A DNA stretch of 63,915 nucleotides, counting the filler, from Octopus bimaculoides (Eukaryota): the NCBI RefSeq assembly GCF_001194135.2. It is 9 parts of 8 records of this genome, joined end to end, with 100 filler letters (N's around TTAATTAATTAA, not from the genome) between each part and the next. Parts side by side here need not be neighbours in the genome. Positions count along the whole stretch, not along the records: positions 28,040 to 41,525 come from NC_068995.1; positions 41,626 to 45,585 come from NC_068987.1; positions 45,686 to 52,986 come from NC_069006.1; 6 more parts are not named here. The stretch is one strand, 5' to 3'. Each line of letters begins with the position of its first letter. Within the stretch, counting starts at the first letter, position 1. Under the pieces are notes generated by a model. It had not been told where the DNA came from. It saw nothing but the letters and a program-made list of their open reading frames with translations, and made no database searches. Below are positions 38,386 through 51,119 of the stretch, piece after piece. A program made the translations under genes and the position numbers.

Positions 38386-38568
38386 GGCTTGTCCCCCCCG
38401 CCCCAACATCGCTTGTGTTTACGTGCCCGTGACTTAGCGGTTTGGCAAAAGAGAATGTTAGAATAAGTACTAGGCTTACAAAGAATAAGTCCTGGGGTCG
38501 ATTCGCTCGACTAAAGTCGGTGCTCCAGCATGGCCGCAGTCAAATGATTGAGACTGAAACAAGTAAAT
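38386..38568 (+). mobile_element. SINE family A, 3' half
   Basis: aataagtcctggggtcgat...ccagcatggccgcagtc. Confidence 0.8.
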
Positions 38569-39544
38569 ATATGGACATGTTCAGGTACAACAAAACCATA
38601 CTCCCAACATGCCACTCTTGTTCCATTTCAAAACACGGATATACTTTTACAGGTGCACACTCAAAACCGTCGCTTCCTTCTTTCTAAACTCTTTCCGTAG
38701 AGTCGGATTCTCATCTGATCCCTCACCGATCGCCTGCTATTTTTTGTGAATCACTTTTCTTGCTTCACATTTCACTTCTACATTAATATACTTTTCTTTT
38801 GACGAAGCACTAACCTCCAAAGCGTTAAGATTCTTTTCTTTTCAAGCTTTAAACTAATGTAATATTTGTTAAAACTTGTCTTTTCTGTGCTGTTTTTTTC
38901 CTTTTGCATGCAACAATCAATTTATCTGTTCGGTGTATATATGTGAGTACATGTGAATATGTATGCGTGCACTTCTGGATACGTATGAGTGTACGTTAAC
39001 AAATATGGGTGTGCTCGTGTATGTGTAAGTATGTGTGTACTTGTGTGTGTTCGAACATGCATGTGAACACATCAAAATGTGCGTTAATCATTCACTATGT
39101 GTGTTAGTGTACACTTTACTGTGTATGCTTTCAGAAATATCATCAACACCCATTAAAGGACGGTTATCTATTCCTTAACGAATTATTTACATCATATTTT
39201 GTTACCAAAAGTATTTGCCCCATCTCGCTTTATTCCACCTACTGACATCCCCAACCGGCCTAAACGTCCATGCCCTTATTCTCATTTATATTAACGCCTC
39301 TTCAACCTCCACACTGTCCTTCCACCTCTACATGAACAAAACCTTATTTTCATAATGCTCCCACCATCAATATACGCTTAAAAACCCGGTCACATTTGTT
39401 CTTTGATCTGTAAACCTATATGATTGTATTTGCGATCTTACGCTCACACACAGACAACTCATACACACAGGTGCACACACATACACACACACACACCACA
39501 TATCCACATCTTCACACACCTATCTACTCATCCACATAAGAGTA

Positions 39545-39700
39545 CTTTACGTTCTGTGTTCAAATTCCACCACGGTTGTCTTTGCCTTGCATCCTTTCGG
39601 GGTCGATAAAATAAGTACTCAGTTGAGCACTGGGGTCGATGTAATCGACTTACCCTTCTCTCGAAACCGCTGGCCTTGAGCTAAAAGATGAAACTATTAT
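39545..39700 (+). mobile_element. SINE family B, partial
   Basis: B box + core + tail. Confidence 0.75.
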
Positions 39701-39728
39701 TATTATTATTGTTGTTGTTGTTGTTGTT

Positions 39729-40021
39729 TACTTTTAATCTGTATGTTTGATGCAATCACTTGCTGGGACACAACCAGCACCCTAGGGCAACTGAAGGTTA
39801 AGAAATGTTGAAATATAACTGAAAGCTTGGCAAAGGTAAGTGGCAAGGGCAGTAGAGAAATGTCTCATATAATACAACACAAACATTTAAATTAATAGGG
39901 CTTTTCTAAGGATGTGGGCAGTACTTGTCAGCAGTCTTTTGGATTTCCTTGAAACATGGTACTCCTGGGATGTTGTCTAAATGTTTCTGGCATCCCTTTT
40001 TTATCATACCTAGCGCACCTA

Positions 40022-40023
<2 letters not shown>
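39729..40023 (-). mobile_element. R4/Dong-like element, 3' fragment, family 1
   Basis: VGALGMIKKGCQKHLDNIPG fused directly to (AAT)n; 3' UTR matches 19305-19490; (AAC/AAT)n tail. Confidence 0.85.
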
Positions 40024-40083
<60 letters not shown>

Positions 40084-40141
40084 CATTCCACATGGATCAA
40101 ATAACGAGGTGTGGTAATCTTGCTTATCTACGTCTGTTTAT

Positions 40142-41397
40142 ATGAATCAGCCTCATCTTATTGGAGCTGACTCTTATAAGCTGACAATTACAAACACACC
40201 CTGTAGTTCTTTTCCATTTAATCTATGCATTAGACAGCTGGCAAACACATTTTTGCCAGTTTTTCTGTCTCATTCCATTTGCCTCATCATCCAAAGATTC
40301 AGAGATGTGTGTGTATACGTTTGCAAAGGTAAACCAGGTATCTGTATTATCAATGTTATGTTTTATGTTTTGCGTTAAGTTACACAAGCTGCACCCAAGT
40401 TTCAACTAGAGCCGTCAAGGGACCACAAGGTTTTACATTTAAAGATGTAAACAGATGAGGTGTCATGTAATAAAAACAACTAAAGTTAGAAGGTTATTAA
40501 TAGTTATTTAGTTTTCATAAAACGTAGAGCAAAACCGAATTAATAAGACTGTATTTCCATGGAGAGGAATTTATTGTTGTTTTTGTTTCCAGTCAGAGTG
40601 GATAGAAGGAAAGCAAAATGCCGCATTTGCTTTTCCTCTAATCATTTAAAAGCCTTCTGCCCAACAACGGCCACCAGAATTCGAGCGACAACAACAGAAG
40701 CACCATCATCAGCAGATTCAGCCGTGGCAGCACCAACACCAACAACCATACCAACACCTAGTTTCCTCAAAACACTTCTGAGCGCCCGAAGATGTTCCAC
40801 TTCCCGATGCGGAGCGGGCGAACAATACAGGTGGAGAGTCGGATTGCGATGAGGAGTGGAAGTTGAAAACGGAAAAGAGACAGAAAGAAAAACAAATATA
40901 TGGACAAACAACAACAATCCTCATCCGCAGAAGAAGTATGAAGAAAACAAATCAAACCAACAAAACCAATTACACCCAGAACAAACACTGCATCGACACC
41001 ACCACCTCTAAAATCTGAAACATAAGCCATCCCACACACAGAACCACAACAACAACAATCACAACTGCAACCACCACTACCACAACAACAACCACAACCA
41101 TAACAACAACAAACACAAATTAAAGAGACTAACATTACACACTTGGCAATAAACATAAAAAACAATGAATTAACGAAGTACATAATAACACACCCAAATA
41201 TTACAGCAGACGATTTTGTCACACCCACAATCTCCCAACCTGTACACATACAAATCATTCAAACAACACAAAACACATACACACACTTAAAAATCCAGTT
41301 CCCACAGGAAATTGGAGATTTTCGAGGGAATATCACCAAGAGAACTTTTGCTGATTTATTGTTGGAAACACCCCAAGCCAGCAGGAGGGACAGGTAA
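40142..41397 (+). mobile_element. Degraded ORF1 (gag-like) of a non-LTR retrotransposon with a CCHC zinc knuckle
   Basis: ORFs 40142 and 40559 are in the same frame. CRICFSSNHLKAFC matches C-x2-C-x4-H-x4-C and is followed by a P/T/Q-rich tail with stops. Confidence 0.55.
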
Positions 41398-41625
41398 TCC
41401 GCCTCTCCAAACAAAACCAAGTAAGTTTTCCTTTTCTTTTCTTTCCTTTTACAGAATAGGCAGCGTGAATGTGGTTGCCTTGGAAGCTTGATCACCTGCT
41501 CAACAACGTGATTGCCATTAGTGAANNNNNNNNNNNNNNNNNNNNNNNNNNNNNNNNNNNNNNNNNNNNTTAATTAATTAANNNNNNNNNNNNNNNNNNN
41601 NNNNNNNNNNNNNNNNNNNNNNNNN

Positions 41626-41664
<39 letters not shown>

Positions 41665-41680
41665 GTATGTATACATCTAT

Positions 41681-41715
<35 letters not shown>

Positions 41716-41736
41716 CGTGTGTGTGTGTATCTGTGT

Positions 41737-41936
41737 TTGTCCCCCCATCACCGCTTAACCGGTGTCGGCGTGTTTATGTCCCCGTAACTTAGCGGTTCAG
41801 CAAAGGAAACCGATAGAATAAGTACTAGACTTTAAAAATAAGTCCTGGGGTCGATTTGCTCGACTAAAATCCTTCAAGGCGGTGCTCTAGCGTGGCCACA
41901 GTCAAATGATTGAAACAAGTAAACGGATAAAAGAAT
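41737..41936 (+). mobile_element. SINE family A, 3' half
   Basis: Same family signature. Confidence 0.8.
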
Positions 41937-43078
41937 ATACATATATTATATTATATTATATTATAGTATATTATAGTATATTATAGTATATTGGGGTGTC
42001 CTATGGAACGGCCTAGGTGAGATATATTATATTGTGTGCATGTAAGTGTAGTCTAGTTAATTTGGCCGTCCTTCCGAATGCTTCAATGATTTCACGCGAG
42101 CACGCCAGCCATCACAGTACTTTCCTGGGATCACGTCTACAGTGATAATTCGACAGTGAAAATTCGTAGGAGTACTGAAGGTGACTTCCAGGATATGCTT
42201 CTTAAATATGTCCATTTGATCCTCTCTAAACTTAGATAGTCATTATTATTGAGTGTCAGAAAAACTAACATTTTGTATTACATTATATTATTTTACATAA
42301 ATTCATATTATACTATATTATATATACTATATTATATATGCTATATCATGTTATATTATATTATATCATATCATATTCTATCTGTTTAAATGTTGATTTT
42401 GTTTCTTCATAGACGCAATATAATATTCCCTGTTTCGTATTTCTGTAATATCGCCAATTTGTCCACTTTTCAGGCATAAAAGTCATCATTTTTTGTTCAT
42501 TTTATTATTATAATTTTTGTTGTTGTTGTTGTTGCTGCTGCTGTTGTTGCGGTTGTTGTCGTCATTATCCTCGTCATCATCAACAGCATAACTTCTACTG
42601 TTATTATTATTAGCGTTGTTGTTGTTACTATTCTACTCCCTGTTGTACTGGTTTTGATAGCACTTATAATAGTTCCAGTATATATTTGCAGCCTCTTTTT
42701 TTTTTTTGTTTTGTTTATTTGTGACTTTGTCATTGCTGTTATCGTCATCGTCGTCGTTCTCGTTGTTGTTTTGTCTTCTCGGTCATAATCGTTGCCGCAT
42801 TTATTCTTGTTGCTGTTGTTACCGTTGTCACTAGTATATTTGACGAAGTTGTATCGTCACTACCGCCATCATCACCACCATTTCTACTATGACCACCATA
42901 TCCACCACCCACCATGAAAACTATTTATAATGACTACTACACGCAGCCATTTCACTTTATCACACTCCATCATTCAACCTTGCTCCATTTTCTGTACCAT
43001 TATTGAATTTATAATGTTGTGTAAAAATAACAAAAAATAATTCTTCGTCACTTATGTAAATCTAATTTTTTTCCCCAG

Positions 43079-45585
43079 GATACTTTAGAAGACAAGTTAG
43101 ACTCGACAGACAAGCATTTCCAGGCAAAAGACGAAGATACTGAAAGAATTAAAACAAGTCTTTCCGTTTCAAAAGATGAGTGCGCAAAAGATGACAACCG
43201 TCTGTCTCAGAAATATGGAGCAGAAAAAGTTGCGAGTTTGGAGGAAGTTAACGGTTCAAGCAGTTACCAAAAAGAAAAAGAAATGGAAGAGAAGAAAAAA
43301 GATATTTATGTGTCAAGTGTTGACAGAAGTAAAGATTTGATTGAAGGAAAAGAAATAATAAAGCCAAAAGACCGTTCGGTAGAAGGGGATATAGCTAAAC
43401 TGAGGAAGGATGACATCGATAAAGTTAGGCATTTCACTGAAGCAGACGATAAAAAAGTAGACGATAAAATAACGAAACATGCAGATGACAAAGAAAATAT
43501 CTGTGAAACCCGTTCGAGAGAGCAAACTACCGGCCTTAATGAGAGAATTAGTGTAGTGAAACCAGTGGCGATTGAAATAAAGAAAGATTACGTTAATGAA
43601 GACATTGGTCGTTCTCGAAATGACGTCAGCACCAGTGAAAGCAATAATAACAAGTTTTATTTGGTAGCAGATGAGAAAATATCTGTGATTAAAACAGGTG
43701 ATAAGATAGAGAAAACAATACACTCAACAGATGTCGTCCGTTTAGAACCTATTCAGAGATTTTCTGCAAATGAAAACACCTGTTCGTTAGAATTTGGTCA
43801 AAGTGTACAGCTTCTAACAATGCCTGCTCCGTTGATCAGAAAAGAAGTTTCGAAGAAAGGGGACTCTGGTGATACCAACACAACTAGTTCTCAAGTTGAA
43901 GTCGGTAAATGTATCAAAATTGTGAAAAGGTCAGCTTTCGATCAGAAGCCAACCGAACATTTAGAAAAACAACATAAAGAAAAAGAGAAGACAACAGACA
44001 AACCTCCAGTCGATACAGGCAAAGATTTAGCAAAAATGAATTCTTCCAAATCGACTGAAAAGGCCGAAGTAGAAAAATACGAATCAAAGAAGGATGCAAC
44101 TTCTGCTGAATTGAGTAACAATCTCTTTAAAACTGACAAGACGAGCTCGATAAAAGGAAATATAGATCTTCCTAAAGTAGAACTTCACGAAACTAAGATG
44201 GATGTTCGCCAAAAAGAAGACATCCTTCCATCTAAGATAGACGAACATGACATAAAAGAAAAGAAACAATCAACAAAAGTTGATCTTGCCCTGTCTAAGG
44301 AAGATATTTTCGAAACTAAAACAAGAACTCAGAAAAAGGAAGGCGACATTCTTGAAGGTAAGAAAGAGCGCGGTGAGTTAGGGGACATTTATGAAACAAA
44401 ACACATACTTCCAAAGGATGAAGACAATTTACTCTCTGAAAAAGACAATTATGAGAAAAAGAAAGATGAGTATTCGACAAGCAAGGATAGCAGTATACAT
44501 ATAGTAGAGAGCAATGAATCAAAAAAGGATAGATTTTCTATAAATGAGGGCAGTTCCATCAAATATAAACACTTGGAAGTAGGAGAAATGCATCACTTTA
44601 AGGTAGACAGCAATAAATCCAACAAAAATCAATTTGCAAGTGTTGGTGACATTCTTCAGAGTGAAGTAGACATCTCCGAAAAGAAAAAGCAGAAACATTC
44701 TTCTGACGAAGCTGTCTATCTATCCAATGACAAACACTTGATAGATGAGAAAACTCAGCCCCCTAAAGGTGAGAGTCCTGGCACAAAGGAGGAAGAACAT
44801 CCAAAGGAACAGGAACAGGACAGACTCCCGTCTAATTTGAACAATTTTAGCATGAAAGTCGAGGAGCATTTTGAAAACAAAGACATTCTTCTATCTAAAG
44901 CAGACATCTACGAAACTAAGCACGTTTGCTCTGAATCAATGGCGAATAAGGATGCCAAAAAGGAGGATACTTCTCTGTCTATAACGAAAAAAGATAAACC
45001 ATCCGCAGGAAAGGACAATACCGAAACAAAGGAGTTAGAGCGTCTTGAATCTAAGGTAGACATTCTTGAAACAAAGAAAATTGAGCATCCAACAGATGAG
45101 GAGAGTTGTCTGTCAAAAGGCGGCAAAGATAAACTCTCAACAAACAAAGACACTCACCTGTCAAAGGTAGATAGTAATGAAACTGTAAAAGATTGCAGCA
45201 GTATCTCTAAGCAAAAAACATCTGAAGAAAATAAATCTAAACCTGTGGACAGGTGTGAGACAGAGGACGGTTCTAGCGAAAACAAAAATAAGATTTCTAC
45301 TGACATAGACAGAATTGACATATATGAAACAAAGCATCATATACTTGAAGATAGTCTTTCCTCTGCAGTAGGCACTTGCGTAACGATTAAAGATAAACAA
45401 TTCCAAAATAAGGAATGTCTCAGCTTTGAAATAAAGGAAAGTGAGATAATCACAAAGGAGAGCATTCGTCCAGCTAAGAAAGACACAGCTGAAGAGAAGA
45501 GGCCTACAGACAGAGACAGTCGTCTGTATAAAGGAGACAGCTTTGATATAAAGGAAAGTGAAATAATTACAAAAGAAAGCATTCA
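43079..45585 (+). CDS. Giant internal coding exon (>=835 codons, 3' end lost in gap) of a large, probably intrinsically disordered K/E/D/S-rich protein; family not identifiable from sequence alone
   Basis: Branch-like CTAAT (43062-43066) and polypyrimidine tract ending ttttttccccAG at 43078. The frame is open from the first exon base (DTLEDKLDST...) through the 799-aa ORF track entry to the gap. An internal repeat differs only at third codon positions. Confidence 0.8.
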
Positions 45586-45685
45586 NNNNNNNNNNNNNNN
45601 NNNNNNNNNNNNNNNNNNNNNNNNNNNNNTTAATTAATTAANNNNNNNNNNNNNNNNNNNNNNNNNNNNNNNNNNNNNNNNNNNN

Positions 45686-45719
<34 letters not shown>

Positions 45720-45729
<10 letters not shown>

Positions 45730-45990
45730 TGTATATATCATCATCATCGTTTAACGTCTGCTTTCCAAACTGGTGTGGGTTGGACGGTTTGACTGAGGAC
45801 TGGTGAGCCAGAGGCTTCACCAGGCTCAATCTAATCTGGTAAGGTTTCTACAGCTGGATGCTCTTCCTAACACCAACCACTCCGAGAGTGAAGTGGGTGC
45901 TTTTTACGTGCGACCAGCTCGAGGGCCAGTCAGGACGATTCTGGCAACGACTACGCTCAAAAGGTGTTTTTACGGGGTATATTCACGGGA
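45720..45990 (-). mobile_element. Repeat family C copy
   Basis: Homologous to 63538-63880. Confidence 0.65.
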
Positions 45991-46207
45991 GCCAGTCCAG
46001 GGAATAAATAACATCAAAAAATTTCCATTTTCCTGTTTTGTTATTCAACAACTCAGCAAATGATAATTCCAAAATTCTCAATTTCAATGTGTTTCAGTTT
46101 ACAGACAACAGTAACCATGGATCCATTGATTATAATAATGTAATAAGCAGATGTGCTTCAAGAGGAAACAGCTGGGATTTTCCTAACTACCTATACAATT
46201 ATAAATT

Positions 46208-46423
46208 TGAGGAGGTGCTGAAAAGTTCCCGGCTTTAGAGGTATCGCAAAAGGCCTGGTTGGAGGCCCAGCCTTCTGAGTTCTTTCGCAGGGCTTAGAAA
46301 AACCGAAGGACTGCTGTAATAAGTGTGTGAACCTGAGAGGGGAACATGTTGGATAAAATCATAATGAACTGATCCTCCTGTATTTTCTTCTACCCAAAGC
46401 CAGGAACTTTTCAGCACACCCTG
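46208..46423 (+). mobile_element. Internally deleted mariner (MITE-like)
   Basis: TIRs GGTGCTGAAAAGTTCCCGGCTTT / AAAGCCAGGAACTTTTCAGCAC; interior encodes a mariner C-terminus (WLEAQPSEFF...KCVNLRGEHV). Confidence 0.75.
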
Positions 46424-46694
46424 GGTTTCTTTTTCTAACATTTTACATAATTCAAACAGCACAAGGAAATATATGAAAAAAAAAAAGAAAAGGAATTTTG
46501 AAAGAAGTTTCTATAAAACTAGTTTTAAACATTGAATGGCAATGGGAGTCCACCAGAATAAAAAAAATGGAGTCCATAGATAAAAAATGGTTGAAAACCC
46601 CTGTATTAGATGTATGTACTGGTCTGTATTGCAAGAACCAGCTGGGTTTCTTTCTCTAACAGTTTACATAATTCACCCTATGCAAGTTAATGTA

Positions 46695-47244
46695 TACTCT
46701 TTTACTTGTTTCAGTCATTTGACTGCGGCCATGCTGGAGCACCGCCTTTAGTCGAGCAAATCGCCCCCAGGACTTATTCTTTGTAAGCCTAGTACTTATT
46801 CTATCAGTCTCTTTTGCCAAACCGCTAGGTTACGGGGACGTAAATACACCAACACGGGTTGTCAAGCAATGGTGGGGGGAGACAAACAGACACAAATATA
46901 TATATATATANNNNNNNNNNNNNNNNNNNNNNNNNNNNNNNNNNNNNNNNNNNNNNNNNNNNNNNNNNNNNNNNNNNNNNNNNNNNNNNNNNNNNNNNNN
47001 NNNNNNNNNNNNNNNNNNNNNNNNNNNNNNNNNATATTTATATATATATATATACATATATATACATATATATACACACGACAGACTTCTTTCGGTTTCT
47101 GTCTACCAAATCCACTCACAAGGCTTTGGTCGACCTGAGGCTATAGTAGAAGACACTTGTCCAAGGTGCCACGAAGTGGAACTGAACCCAGAACCATGTG
47201 GTTGGTAAGGAAGCTATTTACCACACAGCTACTCCTGCGCCTAT
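46695..47244 (-). mobile_element. SINE family A, full length with internal microsatellite/gap
   Basis: tRNA-like head at the 47244 end, central (TA)n, 3' tail at 46695. Confidence 0.85.
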
Positions 47245-47409
47245 GGAAAATAAAATAAGACTTTTGACAGAAATTTCTAGAAAACTAGTTATTAAACATT
47301 CAAATGGCTACAGGGGTTCACCAGTATGGCTGCTGTCCAATGGTCGGAACAAATAAAAGATAATAGTGTATTTTTTGCATTTTCAAATGGAGTGGACATT
47401 GTCCAGTTC

Positions 47410-47790
47410 ATAAACAGGCATGGATGGCTGTGTGGATAAGGAGCTTGCTTTGCAACCACTTGGTTTCAAGTTCAATCCCACTGCATGGAACTTTGGGCAA
47501 ATGTTTTCAACAACAACCTCTGGCCGAACAATAGGTGAGTAAATTGAGTCGATGGAAATTATGTGGAAGCCCATTGTGTGTGTATGTTTCTCATCCCACA
47601 ATGCTTGACAACTGGTGCTGGTATTAGTTTCTTTATGTCCTTGTAACTTAGCGGTTCAGCATAAGGGGCGCAATAGAATAAATACCATTTAAAAAAAGGA
47701 AAAGTAAGGGGTGGAGCAGAATGCTCAACTAAATTCTTCAAGGAGATGCCCCAGCATGGCCATAGTTCTATGACTGAAACAAAAGACAGT
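47410..47790 (+). mobile_element. SINE family A, older full-length copy
   Basis: Diverged head, body and tail in + orientation. Confidence 0.75.
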
Positions 47791-48086
47791 TAAACAGGCA
47801 GACAAATAGATAGATAGATAGATAGAAGGATAGAGGGATAGATTGATAGATAGATAGATATATTGATAGATAAGATAAAATAGACAGATAGATTGATAGG
47901 GAGAGAGAGAGATAGATAGAAAGATATGTAGATAGATTGATAGATAGATTAGACACATTGATAGGTAGACAGATTGATAGGTAGATAGATGGATAAATAG
48001 ATAATTCAAATAAACGAGTGAAATTAACGGACAACAAGAGGACGTACACAAGAAATGTATTTGCTTGATGCTTGGAGAAAAGAGAG

Positions 48087-48119
48087 TTTGATGTTTCAAG
48101 CATAGCTCTTCATCGGAAA
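48087..48119 (-). ncRNA. Degenerate minimal HHR (CCGA-core family)
   Basis: Minus strand TTT-CCGATGA-A-GAGC-TAT-GCTT-GAAAC-ATC-AAA; flanks homologous to the copy at 55444-55476. Confidence 0.5.
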
Positions 48120-48187
48120 GGAGAAAGAAAAAAATCCAAAGAAAGAAAAAATATCACCAACAGCGTGTGTGAAGTTACATTATAGAT

Positions 48188-48420
48188 CAGAGGTTCTCAA
48201 ACTTTTTCGGTCACCGCCCCCACCAGCATCATGGCCACATAATACCCTCAGCGCTCCCACCCCTATTTTTATGTATAAATAAATATTTTATATTTTACCA
48301 ATTTATACATACAATGAAACATTTGATATTTAATACAATATTATATAATTTGTATAATAATATTATAATAAATTCATAGCGTCCCCCAATCCACTGCCTT
48401 CCTCTCAATGCCTGAAGGAA
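48188..48420 (+). mobile_element. hAT-like non-autonomous element, one end only
   Basis: Starts CAGAGGTTCTCAAACTTTTT, typical of Charlie/Chaplin-type TIRs; no partner TIR found. Confidence 0.4.
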
Positions 48421-49079
48421 CTTGGGAAGGGTCGTACGCTATCACTCATGAGTTTTGATAGTTTACAAATTCGTCTATCATGAACTTCTTTTCATCTATG
48501 AAGATGCGAACGTCTTCACCACGATGTTTCAGATGATTAAAAAGTTTGGGACTTCTTTCAGCTTGGATGGCTTTGGAGCAGGTAGTTAGGATGTTACGGT
48601 GTCTTCTCACGTACGATTTCATACGGAGGTCTCGTCTCACAGCCCTAGAAACGGTCGTTTTACTGATTCCTCGATCTTGAGCCAACTTTGCCATCGATTT
48701 TGATGGGTTCAACTCAGTCGATCTTTCAAGTCCTGTTAAGAAGCGAGGTGTGCGTTTTTGGTCTCTATGAGGACTGTGAAGCTTCCATTGAACATCCTGA
48801 CTTATCTTCAAATTGGCTACAACTCTAAAAACAGTAAATTTGGCAGACTTTGGAACTCTAACAGTCTCCCCAGCACTTTTACCGGCGTGGAACTAATTCG
48901 GCAATTACACATCTACGATTTAATTCTTTACTAACATTCATAGTTTGTTCAATCTGGAATACAAAATAGTACAAGAAATCATTCAAGTTAGTAATATTTA
49001 AAATTTAGACACAAACAAAATTTATACTATTAGAAATATATCCATTTGGAATTTGTCCCAATTTACCTGTTACACCCTG
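48420..49079 (-). mobile_element. Tc1/mariner (maT-like) 5' fragment with TIR
   Basis: HTH-like SMAKLAQDRGISKTTVSRAVRRDL and first catalytic region IFIDEKKF; TA + CAGGGTGT end at 49079. Confidence 0.85.
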
Positions 49080-49353
49080 TAGATATACGGATTGATAGGT
49101 GCTTAGACAGCTAACTAGATAGATAGATGTATAGATAGATAGATAGATAAATACATAGATGTATAGATAGATAAATACATAGATGTATAAATAGATAGAT
49201 GTATAGATAGATAGATAGACAGACAGACAGATACATAGAAGTATAGATAGATAGACACACACAAGCATATATACGTATGTGTATATGTATAAATATTGTG
49301 TGTGCATTGAGATAAATTCTCATTTACGTCTTGAGAATATCCTTTAATCTGTT

Positions 49354-49385
<32 letters not shown>

Positions 49386-49736
49386 ATAAGAGAAAATGGA
49401 GATAGAAAGAGAGTCAGTAGCTGGTAGATAAAAGCTAAACACACACATACATACAAACATACCTGCACATGTATACACAAACACACGCATTATTAGAAAG
49501 CAGAGAATGGAGAGTGGAGGAGGAGGAGGAGGTCTGTACTATTTGCCTCTTTTTTTTTTAATGTTTATTAAGCTTTGCTCATTTGATTGTTATTTTGTTT
49601 TCTAATTAGATTAATTAGACTGAATGAAACTCTGTCGAGGAAGATTTATTGAGGAACATGGAAAGTGGAGGGACAGGTGAGTGTGTGCGTATGGGAGAGG
49701 GAATTTGTGTATTCACGAATGTGTCTATGTGTGTGT

Positions 49737-49798
<62 letters not shown>

Positions 49799-50227
49799 TT
49801 GTGTTTACTTTTTATGTGTGTCTGTATACACGTCTATGTACGTGTCAATGTGTTGCATACAAACGTATTTCTGAGATTTTTTATTTATTTACTTTTATTA
49901 TTTATTCGTTGCTATAAAATATGTTGCGAACTTCTTTGGGATATGAAAAACAAAAAAGAAGCTAGATTCATTGATACTGAGATACAGAGATAGATGTGCG
50001 TGCGCGTGTGTTTTATTGAATTAGATTGGGAGAAAGCGACAGAATGGTAGAGACACACGTCTGCATACAAATATGTATAAAAAACATACGTAGGTAGGTA
50101 AGAATGTGTGTGTGTGTGTGTGTATGTGTGTAAAATAACAGTTTGACTCAGCACTGCGTAATTTCATGAAAGACTCAAACTTAGAAATACATTTTGATAA
50201 CTCTTGCAAAATGTTTTCAGGCCCACT

Positions 50228-50266
<39 letters not shown>

Positions 50267-51119
50267 ATGTGTGTACACTTGCGCGCACAGGTAAGTGTGT
50301 GTACACTTGCGCGCACACTTGAGCTTCTATATATTTGTGTGTATGTGTGTGTGTGTATAAAGTAACAGTCATGTATACAACTTGAACAGACACATATCAG
50401 TTTATAAACATACGTTCACATGTACATACACATGTATACACACATAGACACGTCTACACACCTAAAATACTCACGTACATACATAAGGCATGCACACATG
50501 CATACGCACATACATGCACACGTACACACATACATACATACACGCATACATACATACATACATACACACACACACATACATACCTACATATACACACACA
50601 TCAATCAATCAATCAATCAATCATGAACTAACTGTCACTTTCTCAGATGCAGCACGGAATTTTGTCAGTGAACAGGTCGCAGTCTCAAAGCGACGAAAAT
50701 ATTTTGGCAAATTAAATCTAAATGTTGAAGTGAATCTAACGGTTTTTGTGTGTTTTTTAAATGGCTTATAAACACCTTCCACGCTGCAATTNNNNNNNNN
50801 NNNNNNNNNNNNNNNNNNNNNNNNNNNNNNNNNNNNNNNNNNNNNNNNNNNNNNNNNNNNNNNNNNNNNNNNNNNNNNNNNNNNNNNNNNNNNNNNNNNN
50901 NNNNNNNNNNNNNNNNNNNNNNNNNNNNNNNNNNNNNNNNNNNNNNNNNNNNNNNNNNNNNNNNNNNNNNNNNNNNNNNNNNNNNNNNNNNNNNNNNNNN
51001 NNNNNNNNNNNNNNNNNNNNNNNNNNNNNNNNNNNNNNNNNNNNNNNNNNNNNNNNNNNNNNNNNNNNNNNNNNNNNNNNNNNNNNNNNNNNNNNNNNNN
51101 NNNNNNNNNNNNTTTTTTT

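Noticed and set aside
38795-38830. Further HHR-like remnants (also ~60490-60520 minus, ~23950-23985 minus)
   Set aside because: Core or GAAA segments are too mutated to call as ribozymes. Noted only as probable pLTR relics.
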